Assembly: GCA_965277405.1 (NCBI GenBank)
Contig: OZ255726.1
Coordinates: 1,440,001 to 1,504,000, forward strand
DNA from: Gammaproteobacteria bacterium
GTDB taxonomy: Bacteria; Pseudomonadota; Gammaproteobacteria; G965277405
Length of the DNA stretch: 64,000 bases
Reading direction: 5' to 3'
Both the position numbers and the translations under genes were made by a program. Below, in pieces: positions 51,435 to 60,905 of this stretch (positions are counted from its first letter, which is position 1; the number at the start of each line of letters is the position of its first letter). The notes under the pieces are model-generated. The model did no database searches and had not been told where the DNA came from. It worked only from the letters and a program-made list of their open reading frames with translations.

Positions 51435-53676
51435 ATGAACAAACAGATATTATTTTTAACACTAGCACTATTAGCTATAGCAGGGTGTAACGCTGAAAGT
51501 AGCAGCGATAGCGAAACCAACAGTAGTAAAACCAACAGTAGCGAAACATCTGCATCAGCAATCCCAGACGCACCAAGCAATGTAAGCGCAGCAGCAGGTG
51601 ATGGGGGAGGAGAAATAACCATTAGTTGGAATCCAGTATATAATGCCGATTCATACAATCTATATTGGGCAACAACAGCTGGATATGGTAAATCTGCCAG
51701 CAAAATATCGCGAGTAACCAGCCCGTACACGCATACAGGGCGTTATAATGAATCCACATACTATTACACGATAACCGCAAACAATGCCAGCGGTGAGTCT
51801 AGTACCAGTAACGAAGTTGCGGTAGGTAAAAATGCTACTAAGATTAAAACAATCTATGCAACCAACGGGGCTTTTGCCGCGCTTACAACCGCTGGGGCGT
51901 CGTTACTTGGGGTGATGAGGATGACGGCGGCGATAGTTCAGGCGTGCAGCAGCAACTGACTAACGTTAAAGAAATCTATGCAACCAAGGACGGGGCTTTT
52001 GCCGCGCTTACCAACGCTGGGACTGTCGTTACTTGGGGGATGAGTATTACGGTGGCGATAGTTCAGCGGTGCAGCAGCAACTGACTAACGTTGCAGCAAT
52101 CTATACAACCGACAGGGCTTTTGCCGCGCTGACAACCGCTGGGGGCGTCGTTACTTGGGGGGGCAGTTGGCCTGGCGGCGATAGTGCAGGCGTGCAGCAG
52201 CAACTGACTAACGTTACAGCAATCTATGCAACCTCCACTGCTTTTGCCGCGCTGACCAACGCTGGGGGCGTAGTTACTTGGGGGAATGAGAATTACGGCG
52301 GCGATAGTTCAGGCGTGGAGGATCAACTGAATAACGTTACAGCAATCTATGCAAACACCCACGCTTTTGCCGCGCTTACCAACGCCAGGACTGTCGTTAC
52401 TTGGGGGTATGAGGGTTGGGGTGGCGATAGTACAGGCGTGCAGCTTTTACTGACTGATGTTAAAGAAATCTATTATGCAACCGACTGGGCTTTTGCCGCG
52501 CTGACCAACGCTGGGACTGTCGTTACTTGGGGGCATGAGTATTACGGTGGCGATAGTTCAGCGGTGCAGCATTTACTGACTGACGTTAAAGAAATCTATG
52601 CAACCCGCTATGCTGTTGCCGCGCTGACCAACGCTGGGGGTGTCGTTACTTGGGGGATTGAGGATGACGGCGTCGATAGTTCAGCGGTGCAGCAGCAACT
52701 GACTGACGTTACTGCAATCTATGCAACCAACAGGGCTTTTGCCGCGATGAAAAACGATGGGACTTTCGTTACTTGGGGGTATGAGGATTGGGGCGGCGAT
52801 AGTTCAGGCGTGCAGCATTTACTGACTGACGTTACAGCAATCTATGCAACCGGCTATGCTTTTGCAGCGTTTACCAACGCTGGGGGCGTCGTTACTTGGG
52901 GTGATGAGGATTCGGGCGGCGATAGTTCAGGCGTGCAGCATCTACTGAATAACGTTCAAGCAATCTATGCAACCGACTGGGCTTTTGCCGCGCTGACCAA
53001 CGCTGGGGGCGTCGTTACTTGGGGACATGAGAATAGAGGCGGCGATAGTTCAGGCGTGCAGCATTTACTGACTAACGTTGCAGTAATCTATTCAACCAAG
53101 TGGGGGGGTGCTGCTGCGCTTACCAACGCCGGGGACGTTGTTACTTGGGGGTCATGGGATTACGGCGGCGATAGTTCAGGCGTGCAGCAGCAACTGACTA
53201 ACGTTAAAGAAATCTATGCAACCGACTGGGCTTTTGCCGCGCTGACCAACGCTGGGACTGTCGTTACTTGGGGTGGGAGCGGTGGCGATAGTACAGGCGT
53301 GCAGCAGCAACTGACTAACGTTACAGCAATCTATTCAACCGACTGGGCTTTTGCCGCGCTGACCAACGCTGGGACTGTCGTTACTTGGGGTGGGAGCGGC
53401 GGCGATAGTTCAGCGGTGCAGCAGCAACTGACTGACGTTAAAGAAATCTATTCAACCGACTGGGCTTTTGCCGCGCTGACCAACGCTGGGACTGTCGTTA
53501 CTTGGGGTGGGAGCGGCGGCGATAGTGCAGCGGTGCAGCATCAACTGACTAACGTTACAGCAATCTATTCAACCTACCGGGCTTTTGCTGCGCTTAAAAA
53601 CGATGGGACTGTCGTTACTTGGGGTGATGAGGATGACGGCGGCGATAGTGCAGCGGTGCAGCATCTACTGCACTAA
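51435..53676 (+). pseudogene. Array gene 5: lipoprotein with FN3 and 15 repeats, two -1 frameshifts in G runs
   Basis: G4 at 51894-51897 where paralogs have G5. G5 at 52035-52039 is one base short of TGG GGN GAT. Confidence 0.8.
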
Positions 53677-53677
53677 G

Positions 53678-54706
53678 TGTCAAAACTACACACGTTGTTT
53701 ACAAAAACCAACAATTCTAGCAGCTGGTGGTAGCTTCCCTAAAGCGGAATGTGTGCGACTGAGGTTATAGTGATTAAGATATTTTGGAAGAGCTTTGTTG
53801 TGCTCATCACTTGTTTGCTATGGCTGCGAAAATGCCCATTCCTTGCTAAGCGTTTGTATCAACCTTGCTGCTTTTCCGTTGGTCTGCGGTCTGTATGGTT
53901 TGGTAAAAACGTGCTTGATTTGACAAGCATCAAGATATCGATTGACGAACTTTGATCGATATGCAGGTCCGTTGTCTGTCATCAGCCGTTGCACCGCTAT
54001 TCCCAAAGATGAAAAATGCTCCAATGCTCGGTGTATAAACCCCTGAGTCGTTGCCTTTTTCACATCAGGAAGCACCTCCACAAACGCCCATCGACTATGG
54101 TCATCTATACAAACATGGGCGCACTCAATACCATGGCCTGTATTTGCTGTTGCAGGAGCACCAAATTTATGCCCAGTGGAGTAAAACGTTGCAGTTTGTT
54201 GATGTCCAGATGCAGCATGTCGCCTGGATGCTCATATCGATGCGCTTTTTCTCTTTTTAAGGTCTTTTTTGTCAGGCACAACCGTCTCAAAATTTTGGTG
54301 ACAGTGGCGTATGCCAATTGCAAATAGCTGGCAATGCTCCGTGCATTCATTTGTGACTCTAAATAGAGTTTTTGGATGCGTTGTGCCAAGGTCTCAGCGA
54401 GCTTAGCTGGGCTTGAAATTGGCCTGCTGGAAAGATTGTACAGTGCAGATGTTCCACCTGATGTATAGCGTCTGAGCCACTTGTAAACAGTTAGTAGCGA
54501 ATAGTAGCGAAATGGCAAAATCGTTGGCTACGCGATTCACAGGGTGCTTGTCGACAAGTACCCTGTGAACCATAACTTCTCGACTATGAAACGTTGTTTT
54601 GGCACAATGATGTGGGTTGTTCATGCTGTACTCCTTTGTTTAGTAACTATATAGAGTACCAGCTGCTTAGTTAGCTGATGTGTGAACAACCTCCGTAGCA
54701 TTTACA
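53678..54706 (-). mobile_element. IS481-family element, 1029 bp, transposase frameshifted
   Basis: Imperfect TGT-started IRs (TGTCAAAACTACACACGTTGTTTACA / TGTAAATGCTACGGAGGTTGTTCACA). Fragments TVYKWLRRY, YEHPGDMLHLDI, RLMTDNG, KPYRPQTNGKA occur in several frames. Flanks ACTAAG/ACTAGG. Confidence 0.88.
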
Positions 54707-54860
54707 ACTAGGAACTTACGAATCCACCTTAGTCTGTGGCTATCTCAAAAATAGCTTCATCTATTTCAATGGTGTCCCCAACCTCTTTCAGCCATTTTGT
54801 GAGAGTAGCTTCGGCAACACTCTCACCCATTTGCGGTAATTTTAGCTCAAATTTTGACAT
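54707..54860 (-). pseudogene. N-terminal lipoyl-domain fragment of a 2-oxoacid dehydrogenase E2 (Bacteroidota-like), disrupted
   Basis: My translation: MSKFELKLPQMGESVAEATLTKWLKEVGDTIEIDEAIFEIATD, then +1 nt, then KVDS*VPS. Cut by IS481. Confidence 0.8.
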
Positions 54861-54956
54861 ATTGTTATTTTATATGCTATTTATGGATAGTATTTTACAA
54901 AATTACTAAAAAAGAGTGTTTTATTAAATTAATAAAACATTTAATCTATTCGGGTT

Positions 54957-57900
54957 TTAACTAAATAATTCTTCAATACTTTCTTTAGATAATGATTTTA
55001 CAAAACTTTCTTCTGTTTGTATAATATCATCAGATAGTTGTTTTTTATTGGACTGATGCTGAACAATCTTTTCTTCTATAGTTCCTTTACATATCATTTT
55101 ATACGCCATTACATGTTTGCTCTGACCTATTCTATAACACCTATCTATTGCTTGAGCCTCTACTGCGGGGTTCCACCAAGGATCTACCAAATACACATAG
55201 TCAGCCGCAGTGAGGTTAAGCCCAGTTCCTCCTGCTTTAAGACTGATTAGAAATACTCTTATGTTTTCATCTTCCTGAAAGCTCTCTACTCTTTCTTGTC
55301 TGTTTTTAGTTTTACCATCTAAATATTCATACTTAATATTTTCCTTGTCTAGTTCATCTTTAATCAACCTTAGCATTTTTACAAATTGAGAAAAGATCAA
55401 TATTTTATGATTTCCTGTTTTTTCTGTAATATGCTGTATGAGTTCTTTTATTTTAATCGATTCCCCAGTATATTTTTCATCTTCCTTAAGCAGTTGTGGA
55501 GAGTCGCATATTTGTCGCAATTTTGTTAATCCTTCTAGCACATACATTTTTGATTTTCCCAATCCTGTCTCATCTATTTTATTCAGTAAATAATCACGGT
55601 ATTTATTTCTATAGGCATCATATAATTGTTGCTGTTCTGTATCCATAGTACAAAATAGTATCTGCTCTGTTTTTTCTGGCAATTCTGTTGCCACCTGTTC
55701 TTTAGTTCGTCTTAATAAAAAAGGATTGATCAGTTCTTTTAGTTCTTTTGCAACCTCTGTATCTCTATTTTTATCTATTGGAGTTGAAAATTCTTTTTTA
55801 AAATTCGCCATACTTCCTAAAAGACCGGGGTTTACAAAGGTCATTTGCGAATATAGATCAAACGTATTGTTTTCTATAGGGGTACCTGTAAGCACTATTT
55901 TATTTTTTGATTGTAATAATCGCACTGCTTTAAACCGTTGTGAGTTTGGGTTTTTTATGGCTTGTGATTCATCTAGAACTATATAATCAAAATTGTATTC
56001 TTTTAGATAATCTATATCTCTCATTACAATACCATAAGTAGTTAATACCAAATCGGTTTTCTTAAATATATCTGTATCTTTTTTCCTATCACCTCCTATA
56101 AGGGCAAATATTTTAAGTGTTGGGCAGAATTTTTTAATTTCTTCCTGCCAATTAAAGATTAAGGATGTTGGTACCACTATTAAATGTGCATTAGTGGTCT
56201 TTTTTTTATCTTTTAGATATTTAAAAAAAGTGATGATCTGTAATGTTTTCCCCAATCCCATATCATCTGCCAAACAGCCTCCAAAATTATACTCATCTAA
56301 AAAGTTAAGCCAATTAAGACCTTCTTTTTGGTAATCTCTCAATTTTGCCTTTACCCTACGGGGCTCCGTTATTTTATCAATTTCTTTAAAAGACTGCAAT
56401 TTCTTTTTCATCTCTCTATGATTTTTTATCATATCAGAGTCCTGATCTAGTTCATCATATAAACTGTCTATTGCCGAAAGCTGGTATTTAGAAATTGTTA
56501 TGCTATCTTTTTTTACGTCTCCTGTTCTGAACAGATGTTTGTATTTTTCTATCCACTCTTTAGGGAGTATTCCTATTGTTCCATCTTTTAATTCTATATA
56601 GTTGCTTTTATTAACAATAGATTTACTGACGTCTTTTAGGCTTACGGTTAGGTCTCCAAAAGCAATTTGTATATTAACATCGAACCAATCTGTTTCAGAA
56701 TTTACATTTACAGATATATTTGCCTTATTTCTATTGTATTTTATATTGGATAGGGTATCAAAACCAAATATTTCTATATCATTTTCTTTTAATACTTCAA
56801 AAGCATCTATAAACCAAGCTCCTTTAATAAAATCTTCCATAAAAAGATAGAAAAATGATTGATCTTGATTATAGAAATCCTGGTGCAGTGTTCTTATTGT
56901 ATCAAGAAACTCTTTTTCGTAATCAGCATCCCTTTTTACCCTAAATAATGTGCCATTTTTTATTTCTTCTGGCATTTTTTTACTTAAAACCCCTATATGT
57001 TGTTCGTTGTATTCCAAAACAGGTTTAAACAGTATAAAACCGTCGTGTTCTGACAAATACAATTGCTTTTTAAACTCGTTTATCTCGGGTGTTTTAGTTT
57101 TGTATTTTAGGTGTGTTGTTTCTATTTCATATTTTTCGCAAAGCGGTTTGATAAATTTTGAATAATAGGCATCAAAGCCCTCTTTTGGGATTCGTATTTC
57201 GGGGTTTGAATCAAAAAATATTAACGTCTTAGCATAATTGATAGATTTGTTAAGGTAATATGTATCCTTATCTTCCACAAAAAGAAAATTCCCGCCAATT
57301 TCCTTTTTGGACAATAAGCTCTTTTTTTCGTTTATAGTTATATAAGCTTTTAAAATATGGTGATGGACTTCTTCTACAATTTTAAATGAAAGTTCTGTGC
57401 TTTTTATAGATAGCTTAATCGGTGTTAATTGCCTTTTTGTAATTTGTTTACTATGCTCATAATAATTCATTTTATATATGAACTGGTTTTCTAATTTTGG
57501 CATTAGTTCTTTTAGTACTGTATGCTCATATTTTTCTATAACGAATTCATCCTCATTCCTTAAATCATAAAGTGAATGTTCGGATAATTTTAATGCACAG
57601 CTTAAAAGATTTATTTCTTCTTCTTTTAGGGAATATTTTTTTAGTATTAGGTCTTCTGCTTCTATTTCTTCTATTTTAGAAATCAAAGCTGCTCCATCCT
57701 TGTTTAAGTTTCCTCTTAAGGGGATTAAGATTACAGGGGGCGAATGATTTTGATATTCATGAAATATAAATCCTATGGCAATTCCTTTTGCTTTGGTTTT
57801 CTTTTCTAGCACAGGAGCGTATGGCAATTCATATTTTTTTACTTCTTCATCAGATACCAAAGTGTTAAGCATTATATTAAGCCCATCCTTTTCGTCTAAC

Positions 57901-58361
57901 TTAACCATACCTGGTTTCTTATTTAGGATCTCTACTCCATCAGTATTTAATTCAAAAGAAAAATACTCTTTGTAACTATTATCTTTTAAAGAAAATCCAT
58001 ATTCTCTTAGTTTTTGTTCTTTTATTTTGTCTAATTCTTTTTCAGAAATAAAGATTTGTTGCATTTCATTGCCTATATGTTCTAAATACAAATCTATTTC
58101 ATTTGCAACTGCTACTACGTGTTTACATACATTTCCCCAATCAAAAGGACAGGTACAAGAACTAGAGACCATTCCTGATTGTAACCCATACAAGTGAACG
58201 ACGTATCTGTTTCTACCACTACCTTGAACATTTGCTTTCACAGATTCATAATCTGGGGAAAATTTACAATCTACAATAGTTACTTTATCTCCCCTAGCCC
58301 TAATTGTAGATGTAGTATTATTGTTTATATATTCTCTAAGCCTAGCATTTTTAATTTTCAT
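54957..58361 (-). CDS. SWIM zinc-finger SNF2-family helicase, AT-rich
   Basis: SWIM CTCPF....CKH, LRDYQKEG, LADDMGLGKT, LDESQ, SLKAGGTGLNL, DPWWNP..E.QAIDR.YRIGQ. Confidence 0.92.
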   Translation of the reverse strand: MKIKNARLREYINNNTTSTIRARGDKVTIVDCKFSPDYESVKANVQGSGRNRYVVHLYGLQSGMVSSSCTCPFDWGNVCKHVVAVANEIDLYLEHIGNEMQQIFISEKELDKIKEQKLREYGFSLKDNSYKEYFSFELNTDGVEILNKKPGMVKLDEKDGLNIMLNTLVSDEEVKKYELPYAPVLEKKTKAKGIAIGFIFHEYQNHSPPVILIPLRGNLNKDGAALISKIEEIEAEDLILKKYSLKEEEINLLSCALKLSEHSLYDLRNEDEFVIEKYEHTVLKELMPKLENQFIYKMNYYEHSKQITKRQLTPIKLSIKSTELSFKIVEEVHHHILKAYITINEKKSLLSKKEIGGNFLFVEDKDTYYLNKSINYAKTLIFFDSNPEIRIPKEGFDAYYSKFIKPLCEKYEIETTHLKYKTKTPEINEFKKQLYLSEHDGFILFKPVLEYNEQHIGVLSKKMPEEIKNGTLFRVKRDADYEKEFLDTIRTLHQDFYNQDQSFFYLFMEDFIKGAWFIDAFEVLKENDIEIFGFDTLSNIKYNRNKANISVNVNSETDWFDVNIQIAFGDLTVSLKDVSKSIVNKSNYIELKDGTIGILPKEWIEKYKHLFRTGDVKKDSITISKYQLSAIDSLYDELDQDSDMIKNHREMKKKLQSFKEIDKITEPRRVKAKLRDYQKEGLNWLNFLDEYNFGGCLADDMGLGKTLQIITFFKYLKDKKKTTNAHLIVVPTSLIFNWQEEIKKFCPTLKIFALIGGDRKKDTDIFKKTDLVLTTYGIVMRDIDYLKEYNFDYIVLDESQAIKNPNSQRFKAVRLLQSKNKIVLTGTPIENNTFDLYSQMTFVNPGLLGSMANFKKEFSTPIDKNRDTEVAKELKELINPFLLRRTKEQVATELPEKTEQILFCTMDTEQQQLYDAYRNKYRDYLLNKIDETGLGKSKMYVLEGLTKLRQICDSPQLLKEDEKYTGESIKIKELIQHITEKTGNHKILIFSQFVKMLRLIKDELDKENIKYEYLDGKTKNRQERVESFQEDENIRVFLISLKAGGTGLNLTAADYVYLVDPWWNPAVEAQAIDRCYRIGQSKHVMAYKMICKGTIEEKIVQHQSNKKQLSDDIIQTEESFVKSLSKESIEELFS

Positions 58362-58403
58362 CTGTTTATAATTAATCACCTTGATGTTTAACCTATACAA
58401 CAA

Positions 58404-58680
58404 TCAGTTATACCATAATACTTTTAGATTGCTTATGGTCTTGAATTTTGGGCGGTTGTATCCTGTTAGCTGTCCGCGCAGCATGTATAAGTTCGTCAAT
58501 GCCAGCAAAGAAAATACTTGTACTCGATTCTTTTCTAGTCGTTTGTAGCGACCTTGCTGATAACCAAACTGACATTTGATTACGCGAAAACAGTGCTCAA
58601 TCCGGGCGCGCATTAGAGTTCTGTGTATTGCGTTTGCGCTGCGAGCCGCTCATTTGCTGCTTTTGTATGACCCTGCGGGC
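58404..58680 (-). pseudogene. IS5-family transposase C-terminal remnant
   Basis: RKRNTQNSN, frameshift, then RARIEHCFRVIKCQFGY...RYKRLEKN, which resembles the IS5 RARVEHPFR.IK.QFG..KARY motif. Confidence 0.8.
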
Positions 58681-58777
58681 AATTCAAGATGGTGGTTGCA
58701 GCAGGGATGGCATCGTCTATCAGCTCTATCTGGGCAAAACGCTGCATGCTTTCCATGTCTATAGTGCTTCTGCTACC

Positions 58778-58815
58778 CCTGGTCTGATACCTGGGTCTGA
58801 TACCTGGGTCTGATA
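58778..58815. repeat. ~13-bp tandem repeat (CTGGGTCTGATAC) x~3
   Basis: Read directly. Confidence 0.75.
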
Positions 58816-59054
58816 AAGGTGTACCATTGCTGTAAACAATACACGCGTAACATGGTCTGCATATTCATTGGTGGTCCTAGCCATTCCCTTTCTTTGGAAT
58901 AATGCGGTTGTATTAAGCCTAACAACCGCTATTAACGCTAACATGGAGCTAATTTATCCATCGATTGCAAGAATTTTTTTTGGTTTCGTTGTTACTTTCT
59001 TGTGGAAAGTATGCAGCACTGGCAAAAGTTGTTTGTTTCATAAGATTATCCGCT

Positions 59055-59102
59055 TATTCAAATATTCAAATATTCAAATATTCAAATATTCAAATATTCA
59101 AA
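59055..59102. repeat. 8-bp tandem repeat (TATTCAAA) x6
   Basis: Read directly. Confidence 0.92.
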
Positions 59103-59152
59103 TATATTCTCCATTAAATATTTTTGTATTTGATATTGCTGTTGCTTGGGGC

Positions 59153-59167
59153 TTAATCAGAGCTCCC
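59153..59167. mobile_element. Solo IS5/MITE-type terminal repeat
   Basis: TTAATCAGAGCTCCC followed by TTAG. Confidence 0.6.
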
Positions 59168-59348
59168 TTAGAGCATTATGACAGATTTAGTAGGATTTTT
59201 TGGGGTTTTGCAGCGATGCCTTAACATATATTCTAGATAGATGTTTCCCATTGGCATGAAAACTGGGGTACGATAGCGTTGTAATACAATAGACTTTGTG
59301 TTTACACACTACAAACGATCACAAAACAATCTTGCTAGGGGGTAACTT

Positions 59349-60311
59349 ATGTTGAAATTAACTTGCGCAATACTTACTTGCGGACTTTTTTCTACTGCGA
59401 GTTTTGCAGAAAAATGGCACATGCCAACGCCGTATGGTGACGGTAATTTACCGACTCAAATCGCCTATTCTTTTGCTAAAGAAGTGAAAGACAACACTAA
59501 TGGTGAACTGGATATTATCGTGCATTCTGGGGGTTCTTTGGTTAAACACACAGAAATCCCACGTTCAGTAAAAACGGGGCAAGTCCAAATAGGCGAAGTG
59601 TTCTTGGGTTTGTTGGGCAATGATCACCCAGTATTTAAACACGACAATATCCCTTTTATAGCGACAACGTTTGTAGACGCTGCAAAACTTTGGGAAGCGG
59701 CTAAACCCTCAGTTGCCAAACAATTAGATATAGACGGCATGAAGCTGCTATACGCTGTCGCTTGGCCTGCTCAAGGTCTGTACAGTAAAGAAGCTGTGCG
59801 GTCTTTGGCAGATCTAAAGGGTGCTAAAATGCGTACTTACAGTCCTTCCACATCTCGGCTTGCTGATTTGATGGGCACCGTACCTACGATCATTCAAGCG
59901 CCTGATATTCCACAAGCATTTAGCACTGGCATCATCCAAGCTATGATTACTTCTCCCTCGACTGGTGTTGACAGCCAAATATGGGATTACGTAAAATATT
60001 ACACGGATGTTAAAGCATGGGTTCCCAAAACCATGGTTATGGTCAATAAACGCGCTTTCCTGCGCTTGGATAAAGCCACTCAACAAATCATGCTGGATGC
60101 GGCGCAGCACGTCGAATCAATTGGTTGGATAAAAGTTGCTGCCCGCGCTGCAAAAGATACAGCAACCTTGCTTGCCAAAGGCATGGAGGTATCAGAGCCA
60201 TCTCCAAAGCTACTAAAAGAGCTACAAGCTATTGGCAAAATTATGATAGATGAATGGCGTGCTGAAGCGCCAAAAGAAGTTGGCGAGATTTTATCTCGTT
60301 ACCAGAACTGA
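59349..60311 (+). CDS. TRAP transporter substrate-binding protein (DctP family)
   Basis: Signal peptide, WHMPTPY, VHSGGSL, DLKGAKMR. Confidence 0.9.
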   Translation: MLKLTCAILTCGLFSTASFAEKWHMPTPYGDGNLPTQIAYSFAKEVKDNTNGELDIIVHSGGSLVKHTEIPRSVKTGQVQIGEVFLGLLGNDHPVFKHDNIPFIATTFVDAAKLWEAAKPSVAKQLDIDGMKLLYAVAWPAQGLYSKEAVRSLADLKGAKMRTYSPSTSRLADLMGTVPTIIQAPDIPQAFSTGIIQAMITSPSTGVDSQIWDYVKYYTDVKAWVPKTMVMVNKRAFLRLDKATQQIMLDAAQHVESIGWIKVAARAAKDTATLLAKGMEVSEPSPKLLKELQAIGKIMIDEWRAEAPKEVGEILSRYQN

Positions 60312-60359
60312 TACGCTGCTACAACAAAATCCGCTTAGGTAACCTAGCAAGTCTAAGCT

Positions 60360-60905
60360 ATGTTCTTCAGGGGAAAAGCGAATTATATAAGTTCTGTTAA
60401 AGAAAAATGCTATCAATGCTCTGGACTGTTATCTGGATTTTGCATTGTGGCTATTACGCTACTGTTACTTGCGCAAATTATTGGCCGTGTATGCGGTTTT
60501 ATAGTACCGTCTGCAGAAGATTTTGCAGGGTACGCACTGGCGGCTTCTACTTTTCTTGGGCTGGCTTATACTTTTCGCGAGGGTGGTCATATTCGTGTGA
60601 CTATGTTAATACAGCGTTTTTCACCTTTTCCACGTAGGATACAAGAAGGAATAATTCTCACCCTATCCTTGGGGCTACTGTGCTTTTTGTCTTACGCATG
60701 TTCCTTCATGGTATACGAATCTTATCTGTATGCAGAAGTCTCTTACGGCTACATCCCTGTGCCTTTGTGGATACCTCAAGTACCCGTCGCAGTTGGAGTG
60801 ATCGCCTTAAATCTTGCTGTCTTTGATGCTTGGTTAATGGTTATTCAAGGGCAGCGACCGACTTACAGTGAACAAGAAGACGCCCTATCTATGGGGAACC
60901 TCTGA
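60360..60905 (+). CDS. TRAP small permease (DctQ family)
   Basis: Four TM segments, GGHIRV, VPLWIPQ. The stop is supplied by the MITE TIR. Confidence 0.88.
   Translation: MFFRGKANYISSVKEKCYQCSGLLSGFCIVAITLLLLAQIIGRVCGFIVPSAEDFAGYALAASTFLGLAYTFREGGHIRVTMLIQRFSPFPRRIQEGIILTLSLGLLCFLSYACSFMVYESYLYAEVSYGYIPVPLWIPQVPVAVGVIALNLAVFDAWLMVIQGQRPTYSEQEDALSMGNL

Noticed and set aside
40097-51730. Repeated minus-strand ORFs (MYGLVT.DILLADLPYP...)
   Set aside because: They are antisense shadows of the duplicated FN3 and signal regions.
40590-53676. CRISPR array (constant repeats with variable spacers)
   Set aside because: The repeats are in-frame protein-coding units of about 123 bp with only 6-33 nt variable windows, and there are no cas genes in the window.
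40173-53676. Diversity-generating retroelement
   Set aside because: There is no reverse transcriptase or template repeat in the window. Variation includes codon-sized indels and changes at all four bases, not adenine-only substitutions. A remote RT cannot be excluded from this window alone.
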